A DNA stretch of 64,000 nt from Gammaproteobacteria bacterium (GTDB lineage Bacteria; Pseudomonadota; Gammaproteobacteria; Ga0077536). This document shows, in pieces, positions 28,904-38,378 of this stretch. Below the pieces are notes generated by a model, which did no database searches, was not told the DNA's origin, and saw nothing but the letters and a program-made list of their open reading frames with translations. A program made the translations under genes and the position numbers. Location of the stretch: positions 1,777,458 to 1,841,457 of the forward strand of contig OZ257136.1 of the NCBI GenBank assembly GCA_965278995.1. The letters are read 5' to 3'. The stretch's first letter is position 1; every line of letters begins with the position of its first letter.

Positions 28904-29756
28904 GCGCGCGTGCTCGATAATGTTCGCCGTCGTGTTGCCGGCTCTGGTTTGCGTTCTGTCGACGCCGGCCATCGCTGCCGAGCGCATCGTCTCCATTGGC
29001 GGTTCTGTCACCGAGATTCTGTTTGCGCTCGGCGCAGGCGATCAGCTCGTTGCGGTGGATGCCACCAGCATTTACCCACCTGCAGCGGATGCGCTTCCCG
29101 ACGTCGGCTATCTACGTGCGCTGGCGCCGGAACCGATACTCGCGCTGAAGCCCGATCTGGTGCTGTGCGAAGCCGACGCCGGTCCACCGGAAACGCTCGC
29201 GCAGCTGCACGCTGCCGGCACCGCCACGGTCATGATCCCGGATGAACCCAGCGCTGCTGGCGTCGCGGCAAAAATCCGCGCTGTCGCTGAAACAATCGGG
29301 CGTAGCGCGGCCGGGGAAGAACTCGTTGCCTCGCTCGAGCGCGATCTGAGTGCAACTGCCGCAAGTATCCCGCGCGTCGACGGCAAGCAACCGCGGGTGC
29401 TGTTCGTGCTTCAGTTCGATGAAGGCTCCGTGATGGCCGCCGGGCGCGGGACATCGGCTGATGCGATCATCACACTGGCTGGCGGAATCAATGCTGCCGC
29501 GGCGTTCAACGGTTATAAAGCGATGAACGGTGAAGCGCTGCTGGCGACTGCCCCGGACTACATTTTGACCATGGAGCGCGCCATCGCCGGGCTGGGCTCA
29601 CACGATGCTGTGCTCGCGCTGCCGGCGGTCAGACTGACACCAGCCGCCAAAGCGGGCCGCCTGGTTGTCATGGACGGCTTGTTGCTGCTTGGCTTTGGTC
29701 CGCGCCTCGGTCTTGCCACGCGACAGCTTGCTGACGCTATTTACGCTACTGACTGA
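28896..29756 (+). CDS. hmuT: Hemin ABC transporter periplasmic binding protein
   Basis: ATG 28896 overlaps the end of hutZ. It has a signal peptide and the motif ERIVSIGGSVTEILFALGAGDQLVAVD. Confidence 0.88.
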   Translation: MRERACSIMFAVVLPALVCVLSTPAIAAERIVSIGGSVTEILFALGAGDQLVAVDATSIYPPAADALPDVGYLRALAPEPILALKPDLVLCEADAGPPETLAQLHAAGTATVMIPDEPSAAGVAAKIRAVAETIGRSAAGEELVASLERDLSATAASIPRVDGKQPRVLFVLQFDEGSVMAAGRGTSADAIITLAGGINAAAAFNGYKAMNGEALLATAPDYILTMERAIAGLGSHDAVLALPAVRLTPAAKAGRLVVMDGLLLLGFGPRLGLATRQLADAIYATD

Positions 29757-29778
29757 AACACGCCCGGTACACAGTGGC

Positions 29779-30834
29779 GTGATCACGCACGAACTGTTCT
29801 CGCCACGCGCGCGTGTCATCTCCGCCTGCCTGACAACCACCGTAGTCGCTGCACTGATCAATCTGGCGTGGGGACCTGTCGCCGTTCCACTGGCCGATGT
29901 GATCGCGATTCTGAGTTCCGGAAGCAGCGCGTCTGGCACCCTTTCAGCGAGTGTAGTGCTCGATCTGCGCGGCCCGCGCGTCCTACTGGGCGCATTGGTC
30001 GGCGCGACTCTGGCGGTCGCCGGCGCCGCATTTCAAGGATTGTTTCGCAATCCGCTCGCCGATCCCAGTCTGCTCGGCATCTCGGCCGGCGCTGCCACCG
30101 GCGCAGTCGCGTTTATCGTCCTCGGGCGCGCGCTTGTGCCCGTAGAATTGGGATCAACCAACTGGTCAATTTATGGACTGCCGATAGCCGCCAGCCTTGG
30201 CGCAGTACTGGCGGCTGCCCTGCTCTATCTGCTCGGGCGGCGAGCGGGTGCGCTGGATGTCGCGACCTTGCTGCTGTCAGGAATTGCCATCAACGCGTTG
30301 TGCTCGGCGCTATCGGGGCTATTGATTTTTACCAGCGATGAGCAGGAGCTCCGTGAGCTCACGTTCTGGTCACTCGGTTCCTTGTCGCGCGCGCATTGGT
30401 CGACTCTACTTCCAGCACTACCGCTGCTGGTGGCCGCCATGAGTGGCTTGTTTGCCTTGGCTGGCGCAGTTAACGCTCTCGCTCTCGGAGAGGCAGCCGC
30501 CGCACATCTCGGTTTTCGAGTCGAACGCCTGAAAGGTGTGCTCGTTCTCGCCACCGCTGTCGCCGTCGGTACAGCGGTGGCACTGACCGGCGTGATTGCG
30601 TTCATTGGTTTGATCGTTCCGCATGCAGTCCGAAGTCTCATCGGAGCCGACAATCGCTATGTATTCGCCGCCTGCGCTGGTGCTGGTGCTACGCTGATGC
30701 TGCTCGCCGATCTCCTTGCGCGCAGCGTTGCCATGCCGGCGGAGATGCCGATAGGCATTTTGACCAGTTTGCTCGGCGGCCCGTTTTTTCTGTGGTTGAT
30801 GCTGTATCGGCGCAGCGTCCTGGCGATGCCATGA
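29779..30834 (+). CDS. hmuU: Hemin ABC transporter permease (FecCD family)
   Basis: The sequence is FecCD-like with multiple TM segments. The start is uncertain; I chose the first in-frame GTG after the hmuT stop. The ORF-track ATG 29665 would overlap hmuT by 92 nt. Confidence 0.82.
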   Translation: MITHELFSPRARVISACLTTTVVAALINLAWGPVAVPLADVIAILSSGSSASGTLSASVVLDLRGPRVLLGALVGATLAVAGAAFQGLFRNPLADPSLLGISAGAATGAVAFIVLGRALVPVELGSTNWSIYGLPIAASLGAVLAAALLYLLGRRAGALDVATLLLSGIAINALCSALSGLLIFTSDEQELRELTFWSLGSLSRAHWSTLLPALPLLVAAMSGLFALAGAVNALALGEAAAAHLGFRVERLKGVLVLATAVAVGTAVALTGVIAFIGLIVPHAVRSLIGADNRYVFAACAGAGATLMLLADLLARSVAMPAEMPIGILTSLLGGPFFLWLMLYRRSVLAMP

Positions 30835-31643
30835 TAACGACCACGGCCGTCACCTATCGCGTCGGTCATCGAGCCTTGGTCGACGACTGCACCGTGGATT
30901 TCGCAAGCGGCGGTGTGACCGTCGTACTCGGACCGAATGGTGCCGGTAAATCGACCTTATTGCGGCTGCTTGCCGGCGACCTGTCGGCAACCGCCGGCGG
31001 TATTGCGCTGGCCGGTCGCCCACTCAGCGAATGGCCGCTGGCTGCGATCGCCAGGTTCCGCGCTGTCGTCACCCAGTTCAACCAGATTGCCTTTCCCTTC
31101 ACCGTCGCCGAAGTTGTCGCACTCGGCCGACTGCCCCATCGTGCTCAAACAACGGCTGCAGCGGACGCCGCTGCGGTAAGCAACGCCCTGCATTGCATGG
31201 GAGTCGCGGAACTGGCCGCACGCAGCTACCCGACACTGTCCGGCGGTGAACAACAACGGGTTGCCATTGCGCGTGCACTGGCGCAGCTGGATGTGCGCAA
31301 TATCGCTGCCGGGCAAACGCGCTATTTCCTGCTCGATGAACCGACGGCCAGCCTCGATCTGGCTCATCAGCACACCCTCATGCGTCAGCTGCAGGAAATC
31401 GCGCGCGCGGGCTGCGCGGTGATCGCGGTTCTGCATGACATCAATCTCGCGCTCACCTACGCCGACAAGGTGGTAGTGATGGACAACGGTCGTATCGTGG
31501 CGGCGGGCATTACGGCCGAAACGTTGACTGTCGAGTGCATCGAGCGCGTATTTCGAGTGGCGACCCGACGCGTTACGACCGGCCCCGGCTGCGAAACCCT
31601 AATTTTCGGTGGCGCTGTCTGCGCTCCGCCGAGACTGTCATGA
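30831..31643 (+). CDS. hmuV: Hemin ABC transporter ATP-binding protein
   Basis: It is ATGA-coupled to hmuU. It has Walker A GPNGAGKST, the signature LSGGEQQR and Walker B YFLLDEP. Confidence 0.9.
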   Translation: MITTTAVTYRVGHRALVDDCTVDFASGGVTVVLGPNGAGKSTLLRLLAGDLSATAGGIALAGRPLSEWPLAAIARFRAVVTQFNQIAFPFTVAEVVALGRLPHRAQTTAAADAAAVSNALHCMGVAELAARSYPTLSGGEQQRVAIARALAQLDVRNIAAGQTRYFLLDEPTASLDLAHQHTLMRQLQEIARAGCAVIAVLHDINLALTYADKVVVMDNGRIVAAGITAETLTVECIERVFRVATRRVTTGPGCETLIFGGAVCAPPRLS

Positions 31644-31713
31644 ACATCGTGCGTGCTAACATCCACCGCACTACTCGGAATAATCAGCCTTTTCTCCATT
31701 GTGGATTGTATCG

Positions 31714-32262
31714 ATGACCATGTCAGGCCCGTCGGTGTTCGACTTCACACCACGAACGACCGTCATCCGGACCGTCGCCGCGAGTTGGGGCGCAGGCGGC
31801 TTCATTGCGATATTGATCCTCGCGCTGCAGAAGCTTACTCCCGTCGCGCTGGATGCCCTGCGCCACGAACTGACGACGACGCACTGGCTGGTGCTGGTCT
31901 CGAACAGCATATTCATGGCGTACAGCGAAGGTTATCGGGGATTCCAGTGCGCTTATTCGCCGCGACTCGCGGCACGCGCACTGTGGCTGTATCGCCATGC
32001 CGACTGGCGGCAATGTCTGGTGGCGCCGCTGTTGTGCATGGGTTTCTTGCAGGCGCCGCGGCGACGCATGATCAGTGCGTGGGTCCTGACCGCGATGATC
32101 ACCGTGCTCGTGATCGTCTTTCGAAGTCTGCCGCAACCGTGGCGCGGGATCCTCGACGCTGGCGTTATCGTCGGGCTGGGCTGGGGCCTGCTGGCGACAT
32201 TGGCAGCGTGCGTGCAGGCGATGCTCAAACCAGGCTCAACGGTCGATCCTGAAGTCTGCTGA
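31714..32262 (+). CDS. Uncharacterised 4-TM membrane protein, paralogue 2
   Basis: I chose ATG 31714; the ORF track starts at a TTG at 31699. It is paralogous to 23627-24157 and follows hmuV after about 70 nt. Confidence 0.7.
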   Translation: MTMSGPSVFDFTPRTTVIRTVAASWGAGGFIAILILALQKLTPVALDALRHELTTTHWLVLVSNSIFMAYSEGYRGFQCAYSPRLAARALWLYRHADWRQCLVAPLLCMGFLQAPRRRMISAWVLTAMITVLVIVFRSLPQPWRGILDAGVIVGLGWGLLATLAACVQAMLKPGSTVDPEVC

Positions 32263-32334
32263 GACCCGCTCAGGCACGCCCAATCGGCAGCCCGCAGACC
32301 TGCCTATTGCGCAAAACACGGCGCGCCCTTACAT

Positions 32335-32530
32335 TCGCTAGTCTACGTACAGGTGCCGTCGACTAGCGTAAGTCACGGTGAAACGAGAAGACGGTGCGCT
32401 GCCACGCAGCAATCCCGTCACTGCCCCCGCAACGGTAAGTGGGTGCGCTGCTGATACTGCCACTGTGCTTCGCACGGGAAGGCCAGCAAGCGCGCGCAAG
32501 CACCCCACGAGTCCGGAGACCGGCCTGTGC
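32335..32530 (+). promoter_or_regulatory. Cobalamin (B12) riboswitch
   Basis: The conserved blocks appear in the correct order: GGTGCC, GAGAAGACGGTGCG, AATCCCGTCACTGCCCCCGCAACGGTAAG, CACTGCCACTG...GGGAAGGCC, and the B12 box GAGTCCGGAGACCGGCC. The element lies about 40 nt upstream of the GGAGGG RBS and ATG 32570. Confidence 0.85.
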
Positions 32531-32569
32531 GCTGTTGTTTCGTCATGTCGCGGAGGGCGACTGTTGAGC

Positions 32570-34759
32570 ATGCGCACGCGCGTCCTCACTCTATTGTCTT
32601 TTTTCGTTCACCGGACCGGTAACGGGCGGCCACGCCGGCCCGTTGTCCTTGCTCTGGTTCCCGTTCTCGCCATCGTTGCTGCTTCGGTTGCGTCACCACA
32701 AATGGCGCTCGGCGCGTCGGCGCTCGAAATGGATGAGTTGATCGTAACCGGCGTTCGTGAGCAGCGCCTGTTGCTGGCGCCTCGCAGCATCGCGGTGATT
32801 ACGGCGGACGATATCGCGCGCAGCGCTTCCAGCAATCTCGTCGACTTGCTGGCGAAGGAAGCGAACGTCAATCTGCGCAGTTTTTTCGGCAACGACAAAT
32901 TCGCCGGTGTCGATATCCGCGGCATGGGCGATACCTTTTCGAGCAACGTCCTTGTGCTGATCGACGGCGTACGCATCAACGCAGTTGATTTGAGCGGTGC
33001 AGATTTTTCCAGCATTCCGCTCGACCAGATTGAGCGCGTCGAGGTCATCCGCGGCGCCAATGCCGTTCGCTACGGTAACGGCGCTGTCGGCGGTGTGATC
33101 AATATCCGCACGCGACGCCCGTTGCCGGGGACTCATGCGCAGTCGCGACTCACTGCCGGCAGCTTTGACAACCACGGCGGCGCGCTGTCGGCCAGCACCG
33201 GAATCCGCGGCCTCGAACTGGACCTGCGCAGCTCACTAAACGACAGCGACGGCTACCGTGATAACGGCCAGTTCTACAAGAAGGACGGCGCTTTCGGTCT
33301 GCGTTTTCGTGGATTGAGCTGGTTGGATGCCTATGTCCGCGCCGAACTGCATCAGGATCGTTACGGTATTGCAGGCCAGATCAGCGGTACCGCATTCAGA
33401 CGTTCATCGAAAGCCCGCCAGGCCACTGCTACACCAGACGATCATGGCGAAACCATGGATCGACGTTACCGTGCCGGGCTAAATGTCGACGGCGGACGTT
33501 TCGGTCGCTACAGCGGTCTTGCCGCTTATCGCGCTCGTACCAACCCGTACGTCATCGGCTTCACATCGTTGCTCAGCATCCGCGAACAGGAAAGCACGAT
33601 TGAATCTGTGACGCGCGACTATCAGGGGACCTACACGCTTCCACTCACGCTGCTCGGGAACAATCACGAACTGGTGTTCGGCTACGAAGATCTGAACGCC
33701 GATTACGAGCGTCGCGAAAACGGCCGCGGTTACCTCGATCGCAGCCGCAGTTTGAATGGGGCTATCCGCGATCGTTCCGGCTTCGTCAGTTCGCGCTGGT
33801 CGCTGCCACATGCGTTCGCGCTCGATCTCGGTTATCGCCGCGATCAATTCGCGGTGCGGCGGCACGAGGAACGCCTGCAGCGTGTGTGCGACACCGTATT
33901 TATCGATACGGTCGTCAACACGACCGTGTTCGTCGAAGTCGCGCCCGGTGTATTCGTCCCGATAGCCGTGCCCGTTACGGTCTCGCTGCCAGTGGAAAGC
34001 AACTGCCGCGGAGAACTCCTGGTTGCCACCGGCCAGCGCGAAACCTGGCGCAATTCAGCCTGGGAAGCCGGCCTGAGCTGGCAACCGACGAACTGGAGCA
34101 ACATTTATGTCAGCCATCACCGGAGTTTTCGCAATCCGAATGTCGATGAGCTGACGCTGGCTACCGGCGACCTGGCGCCACAACGCGGCAAGCACTGGGA
34201 AATCGGCCTTCGCATGCAACCCACCGAGCGCTTCGAAGCGGCATTGTCGTTGTTTCACATGCGCGTGGCCGACGAAATATTCTTCGGTTACGACCCGGTC
34301 ATGCGCCGCGAAGTGAACCGCAATCTCGATCAGGGGACGACCCGTATGGGCACCGAGATCGAATTGAAGTATGACTTCACGGCCGTGCTTTCCGGTTGGA
34401 CCAACCTGAGCTACATCGACGCCCGCATCGTCGGTGACGATACCTTCATTCCGCTCGTTGCACGCGACAAGATTGCCGCTGGTATCGAGTGGGAACCACT
34501 TGCTGGATTAAGTTTTTCGGCCTCGTGTACGCATGTCGGTCGTCGTTTCGACGGTAACGATTTCGATAATCGCAGTTTCGATCACCTCGACGCCTACCAT
34601 GTCGTCGACGCCAAACTACGTTGGCGTGCGCCACATTATTCTGTCGCCGCGAGTGTCAGCAATGTACTCGACGCCATCTATGCGACTGCCGGATACAGCG
34701 GCACGCTCTATCCCATGGCGCCGCGTTCATTCATGGTCGAACTCGCGTTCGACATCTGA
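32570..34759 (+). CDS. TonB-dependent receptor, BtuB-like (assigned from riboswitch context)
   Basis: I used the internal ATG 32570; the ORF-track N-terminus would run across the riboswitch. It has a TonB box DELIVTG, a plug region (IERVEVIRGANAVRYG), FRNPNVDEL and a C-terminal aromatic residue. Confidence 0.85.
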   Translation: MRTRVLTLLSFFVHRTGNGRPRRPVVLALVPVLAIVAASVASPQMALGASALEMDELIVTGVREQRLLLAPRSIAVITADDIARSASSNLVDLLAKEANVNLRSFFGNDKFAGVDIRGMGDTFSSNVLVLIDGVRINAVDLSGADFSSIPLDQIERVEVIRGANAVRYGNGAVGGVINIRTRRPLPGTHAQSRLTAGSFDNHGGALSASTGIRGLELDLRSSLNDSDGYRDNGQFYKKDGAFGLRFRGLSWLDAYVRAELHQDRYGIAGQISGTAFRRSSKARQATATPDDHGETMDRRYRAGLNVDGGRFGRYSGLAAYRARTNPYVIGFTSLLSIREQESTIESVTRDYQGTYTLPLTLLGNNHELVFGYEDLNADYERRENGRGYLDRSRSLNGAIRDRSGFVSSRWSLPHAFALDLGYRRDQFAVRRHEERLQRVCDTVFIDTVVNTTVFVEVAPGVFVPIAVPVTVSLPVESNCRGELLVATGQRETWRNSAWEAGLSWQPTNWSNIYVSHHRSFRNPNVDELTLATGDLAPQRGKHWEIGLRMQPTERFEAALSLFHMRVADEIFFGYDPVMRREVNRNLDQGTTRMGTEIELKYDFTAVLSGWTNLSYIDARIVGDDTFIPLVARDKIAAGIEWEPLAGLSFSASCTHVGRRFDGNDFDNRSFDHLDAYHVVDAKLRWRAPHYSVAASVSNVLDAIYATAGYSGTLYPMAPRSFMVELAFDI

Positions 34760-34786
34760 GCGCTATTCCTCGTACAGGTACCTGTC

Positions 34787-35677
34787 ATGCGATTACTTTT
34801 CTCCCGCAACTTTACTGCTTTTACCAGCATTCTCGCACTCGCAGCGTTGGTCATTACAGCAGCACAAGCCGGTCCTTTCGCGCCTGCTGCCGGCCAACCC
34901 GGCAGCACCGCTGTGTCCAGTAACGATGCCAGCATCACGGCCTGGGCGACCGGCTATTCCGCCTACCAGGTTGGTGCCAACGTCGATACTACCTGGCAAA
35001 CGCCGGGTCTGGCGCTGGGATCGGCCACTGGCGACAGTTTTGGCATTGTCGGTCTCGGCGACGCCGGCCGCATCACGCTCAGTTTTGCCGGTTCCATCTA
35101 CAACGGTCCGGGTTGGGATTTCGCGGTTTTCGAAAACAGCTTCAGCGACACCTTTCTCGAACTTGCTTTCGTCGAAGTCTCCTCCAATGGCACGAGCTTT
35201 TTCCGCTTTCCGAGTTTCTCGTTGACGCCAGCTGCAGTGGGCGCTTTTGGAACGATGGATCCGACCAACATCGACGGCCTTGCCGGCAAATACCGCCAGG
35301 GATTCGGAACCGCTTTCGATCTGGATATTTTTCGTACCACGCCAGGGATCGACATCAATGACATTCGATTTGTACGCATCGTCGATATCGTCGGTAACGG
35401 GTCGAGCGTCGACAACTGGCCGACCAACCTCGGCGGTCCGCATCCGATCTATGACCCTTATCCAACTATTGGCAGCGCCGGCTTCGATCTCGATGCGGTA
35501 GCCGTGCGTTATCTCGATGCCGACCCGCCGCCCGTCGATGTGTCATCGAAGCAGGTGCCGATACCAGCTACGTTCGCGCTATTACTTGCCGGTGCGCTTG
35601 GCATGGCCGGTGCGCGTCGATTGGAAAGGAAATCAATGTCTCCCGATTTCATTCACTACAACAGGAACCACCTATGA
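34787..35677 (+). CDS. Exported uncharacterised protein with VPIP-type C-terminal anchor signal
   Basis: It has an ATG start, a signal peptide and the C-terminus KQVPIPATFALLLAGALGMAGARRLERK. It is ATGA-coupled to the next gene. Confidence 0.75.
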   Translation: MRLLFSRNFTAFTSILALAALVITAAQAGPFAPAAGQPGSTAVSSNDASITAWATGYSAYQVGANVDTTWQTPGLALGSATGDSFGIVGLGDAGRITLSFAGSIYNGPGWDFAVFENSFSDTFLELAFVEVSSNGTSFFRFPSFSLTPAAVGAFGTMDPTNIDGLAGKYRQGFGTAFDLDIFRTTPGIDINDIRFVRIVDIVGNGSSVDNWPTNLGGPHPIYDPYPTIGSAGFDLDAVAVRYLDADPPPVDVSSKQVPIPATFALLLAGALGMAGARRLERKSMSPDFIHYNRNHL

Positions 35678-36531
35678 AAGCGCTCCCCTTGATCACACTC
35701 GCGGCCTGGACCGGACTGGCGGCCGTCCCGGCAGCCCATGCAGCTCTTGTCAGCTTCGAAGACGTCGTCATGCCGAACGAGCAAAGCTATTCCGGTCCTG
35801 GCGGCGGACGCTACTGGTCCGGGCTGGTGCCGCCTGCCAATGGTCAGGTCGACAGTCAGTTCGTTTCGGGCAACGCATCATTTCCGAACACGAACAACGA
35901 GTGCTGCGGTGGCGCGACATTCTGGAGCGGCTTCGCCTATTCGAATACAACGGATACAACGACTGCTGGCTTCGGCAATCAGGTCAGCGCGTTCGCTGGT
36001 GGTGGCGCCGGAGGCAGCGCGAATTATGCAATCGCTTTCGCCGGTGCATTCAACCCGCTGCGTCTGTCTTTCGACAGCCCTACGACGCTGAAACGCGCAA
36101 ATCTGACCAATACAACCTATGCCGCCTTGTCGATGCGCGATGGCGATTCTTTTGCCAAGCGTTTCGGCGGCGTCAGCGGCGATGATCCGGATTATCTGCT
36201 GTTGACGATCACCGGTAAGGACGCCAATGACGACGATACCGGAACAGTGGACTTTTATCTGGCGGATTTTCGCTTCGCCGACAACGCCGACGACTACATA
36301 CTCGACAGCTGGGCAGCAGTCGAACTGAGTACGCTGGGCGCGGTCACCGCTCTGGAGTTCACGATGACGACTACCGATGTCGGGCAGTTCGGGCCGAATA
36401 CTCCGTTCTATTTCGCTATCGACAATATCGAGCCGGTTCCACTGCCGTCCGCCGTCTGGGTATTCGCGCCCGCACTTGGCTGGCTCGCTGCTGCCGGGAA
36501 GCGACGCAAGCACGGCGTTATTGTGCGCTGA
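35674..36531 (+). CDS. DUF4465-like exported protein with VPLP-type C-terminal anchor signal
   Basis: It has a signal peptide. Blocks SFEDV, YWSG, FPNT, FWSGFAYSNTTDTTTAGFGNQ, GGSANYAIAF, NTTYAALSMRDGDSFAKRFGG, YLLLTITG, VDFYLADFR and YFAIDNIE are typical of DUF4465. The C-terminus is EPVPLPSAVWVFAPALGWLAAAGKRRK. Confidence 0.78.
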   Translation: MKALPLITLAAWTGLAAVPAAHAALVSFEDVVMPNEQSYSGPGGGRYWSGLVPPANGQVDSQFVSGNASFPNTNNECCGGATFWSGFAYSNTTDTTTAGFGNQVSAFAGGGAGGSANYAIAFAGAFNPLRLSFDSPTTLKRANLTNTTYAALSMRDGDSFAKRFGGVSGDDPDYLLLTITGKDANDDDTGTVDFYLADFRFADNADDYILDSWAAVELSTLGAVTALEFTMTTTDVGQFGPNTPFYFAIDNIEPVPLPSAVWVFAPALGWLAAAGKRRKHGVIVR

Positions 36532-36542
36532 AGAACGCTGCT

Positions 36543-36577
36543 AAAAATTGCGACTTCGGCATTCGAGCCGAAGTCGC
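36543..36577 (-). terminator. Hairpin terminator between convergent operons
   Basis: A perfect 11-bp inverted repeat GCGACTTCGGC/GCCGAAGTCGC has a 6-nt loop. On the minus strand it is followed by a T-run (AATTTTT). Confidence 0.7.
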
Positions 36578-36583
36578 TCGGTA

Positions 36584-37312
36584 TCATCGAATCGGCGACG
36601 CGCGCCGCCGCCGGTACAGCATCACAACAGCACTCATCGCCATCCATGCCGGCGGCAATGGTATCGGCGAGATCGAACCATGCCCGCTGCCATAAACAGC
36701 GGTCAACGCGCTGATCATGTCCGGTGCGAGCGGGAACAAAGGCCCGTCGTAGGCCGACGGAAGCGTGCCTGGCAAAACGCCGTCATCGCTGTTGACGAAA
36801 TGCCCCATGCCGAGCGCATGACCGAGTTCGTGTTGCGCGACGGCGTAAAACAGCGTCAATGACCACCCGGCACCGAAACGCTCAGCATTGAAGACAATAT
36901 CTCCAGCCAGACCACTGGCTGTATCAAAAGGAAAATAGGCATACGCGTTGGCGCCATCGATGTGCGCGACCTGGCCGATGCGGATGTCGGCCAGGCCGGT
37001 CGGATCATACTCACCGCTCTCCGGCAACGGACCGTTATCGCGCACTTCACGGAAATGTATCGGCAGCACTGCCGCGTAGTCCCACAGCGCTGCCTCGAAC
37101 GCTCCGCGAAGCGCATCGTTGGCAAGCGCTGAGCTGCCGCGTGCCGGTTGCAGGGCACCATCCAACAGGTTGTCGTAACTGTAGGTCAGCGTTATCGGAC
37201 TGCCGATACCACCCGCTAGCGGCCACGCTGCGTACATCGGGTAGTAGCCGGCTGCATACACCACGGCAGGTGTGAAAAGGCTCAGAAGCAGGAATGTCTT
37301 AAGCCTGTGCAT
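36584..37312 (-). CDS. Matrixin-like (metzincin) zinc metalloprotease with C-terminal IPLP anchor signal
   Basis: It has an ATG start and a signal peptide. The zinc motif is HELGHALGMGH (HExxHxxGxxH). The C-terminus is SPIPLPPAWMAMSAVVMLYRRRR. Confidence 0.82.
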   Translation of the reverse strand: MHRLKTFLLLSLFTPAVVYAAGYYPMYAAWPLAGGIGSPITLTYSYDNLLDGALQPARGSSALANDALRGAFEAALWDYAAVLPIHFREVRDNGPLPESGEYDPTGLADIRIGQVAHIDGANAYAYFPFDTASGLAGDIVFNAERFGAGWSLTLFYAVAQHELGHALGMGHFVNSDDGVLPGTLPSAYDGPLFPLAPDMISALTAVYGSGHGSISPIPLPPAWMAMSAVVMLYRRRRASPIR

Positions 37313-38378
37313 CGTGGCGACTCCGTGTTCGACGCGCGAACATCACGCTGCTGATCGCAGTGCCCGCCAGCCACAACGATGGCGGCACGGGGACGGGCGT
37401 CACCTGCCAGCCGATGTCCGCCAGGCCGGCGTAATCGAGGTCGGTTGGCAACTCACGCAGACCCCTTTCAGTGCTCGGATCCATCAGCGTCTCCTGCGAG
37501 ACTCCATCGACCGTCCTGTAGATGCCATTTGCCCAATGCAGCGCCAGCGAGTCGAGTGGAACCGCCGCGCCGTAGGCCGCGACCGACTGCGTGCCTGTAA
37601 ACGCGCCGGCCTCGACCTGGGAAAACCACGAGTCTGCTTCACCGTAGCCAAGAATGTGCGCCAACTCGTGTGTCGCCGTGGTCACAAAATCCGGTCGCCC
37701 TGGGACAAGCGTGTTGCCCAGGTCTGGGCCATCGAGACCGAAGTACCAATCGTTATTGGCGTTGAACCAGATGGCGCCGCCCCACGGACCGAAGTCGCTG
37801 GCCACAGCGCCAGCCGCATTCGCCTGACCGCGATACAGCACACTGTCGACAAAGGACGCCGGTCCAGTGGCAGTGAGCGCCGAACCGACACCAGCGAATC
37901 CCAGCACGCCGGGTGCCGATGATGAACCGCCAACGAAGACGCGAAGCGTGTTGGCCGGAATCGACTCATTTAGCACAGTCACAGGCGGCCCCTGCAGACT
38001 CGGATGCGTGAACGTTACCGACCAATTTGAGCCCGTGCCGGGTTCGATCGCACTCAACTGGTCGGAAAACCCGGCATAAAAACTAGCTGCCTGCTCGAGC
38101 ACGGCACGACGTTCGAGTCGCGGAGTGCCGTTCACCTGATCGGTGAAAAAGCCGCGTGTGTCGTAACGATAATCGAACTCGATGATGAGTGCCCGCGCCT
38201 CCCCCGCCGCCAGCAGGGCCAGCGCCAACACGCTGCCCTGATAGATGGCGGTAAGACGTCGCGATGAAGTTGCGGTGTCCGCCGGGAAACCACTGCGATC
38301 AACGCCCGGAGCAAGAGCGCCGACGGACACCGCGTTGAGGAGCGATCGCAGTGGGGGGAGACGGTGGCGGCCGCTCAT
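37299..38378 (-). CDS. Zincin-like metalloprotease-domain exported protein with C-terminal VPVP anchor signal
   Basis: ATG 38378 is ATGA-coupled to the upstream gene. It has the motif THELAHILGYGE and ETLMDPS. The C-terminus is TPVPVPPSLWLAGTAISSVMFARRTR. Confidence 0.72.
   Translation of the reverse strand: MSGRHRLPPLRSLLNAVSVGALAPGVDRSGFPADTATSSRRLTAIYQGSVLALALLAAGEARALIIEFDYRYDTRGFFTDQVNGTPRLERRAVLEQAASFYAGFSDQLSAIEPGTGSNWSVTFTHPSLQGPPVTVLNESIPANTLRVFVGGSSSAPGVLGFAGVGSALTATGPASFVDSVLYRGQANAAGAVASDFGPWGGAIWFNANNDWYFGLDGPDLGNTLVPGRPDFVTTATHELAHILGYGEADSWFSQVEAGAFTGTQSVAAYGAAVPLDSLALHWANGIYRTVDGVSQETLMDPSTERGLRELPTDLDYAGLADIGWQVTPVPVPPSLWLAGTAISSVMFARRTRSRHDAQA

Noticed and set aside
32378-32569. 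N-terminal 64 codons of the ORF-track version of the second TonB receptor
   Set aside because: This stretch coincides with the cobalamin riboswitch and is Arg/Ala/Thr-rich. The internal ATG 32570, preceded by GGAGGG, gives a normal signal peptide.
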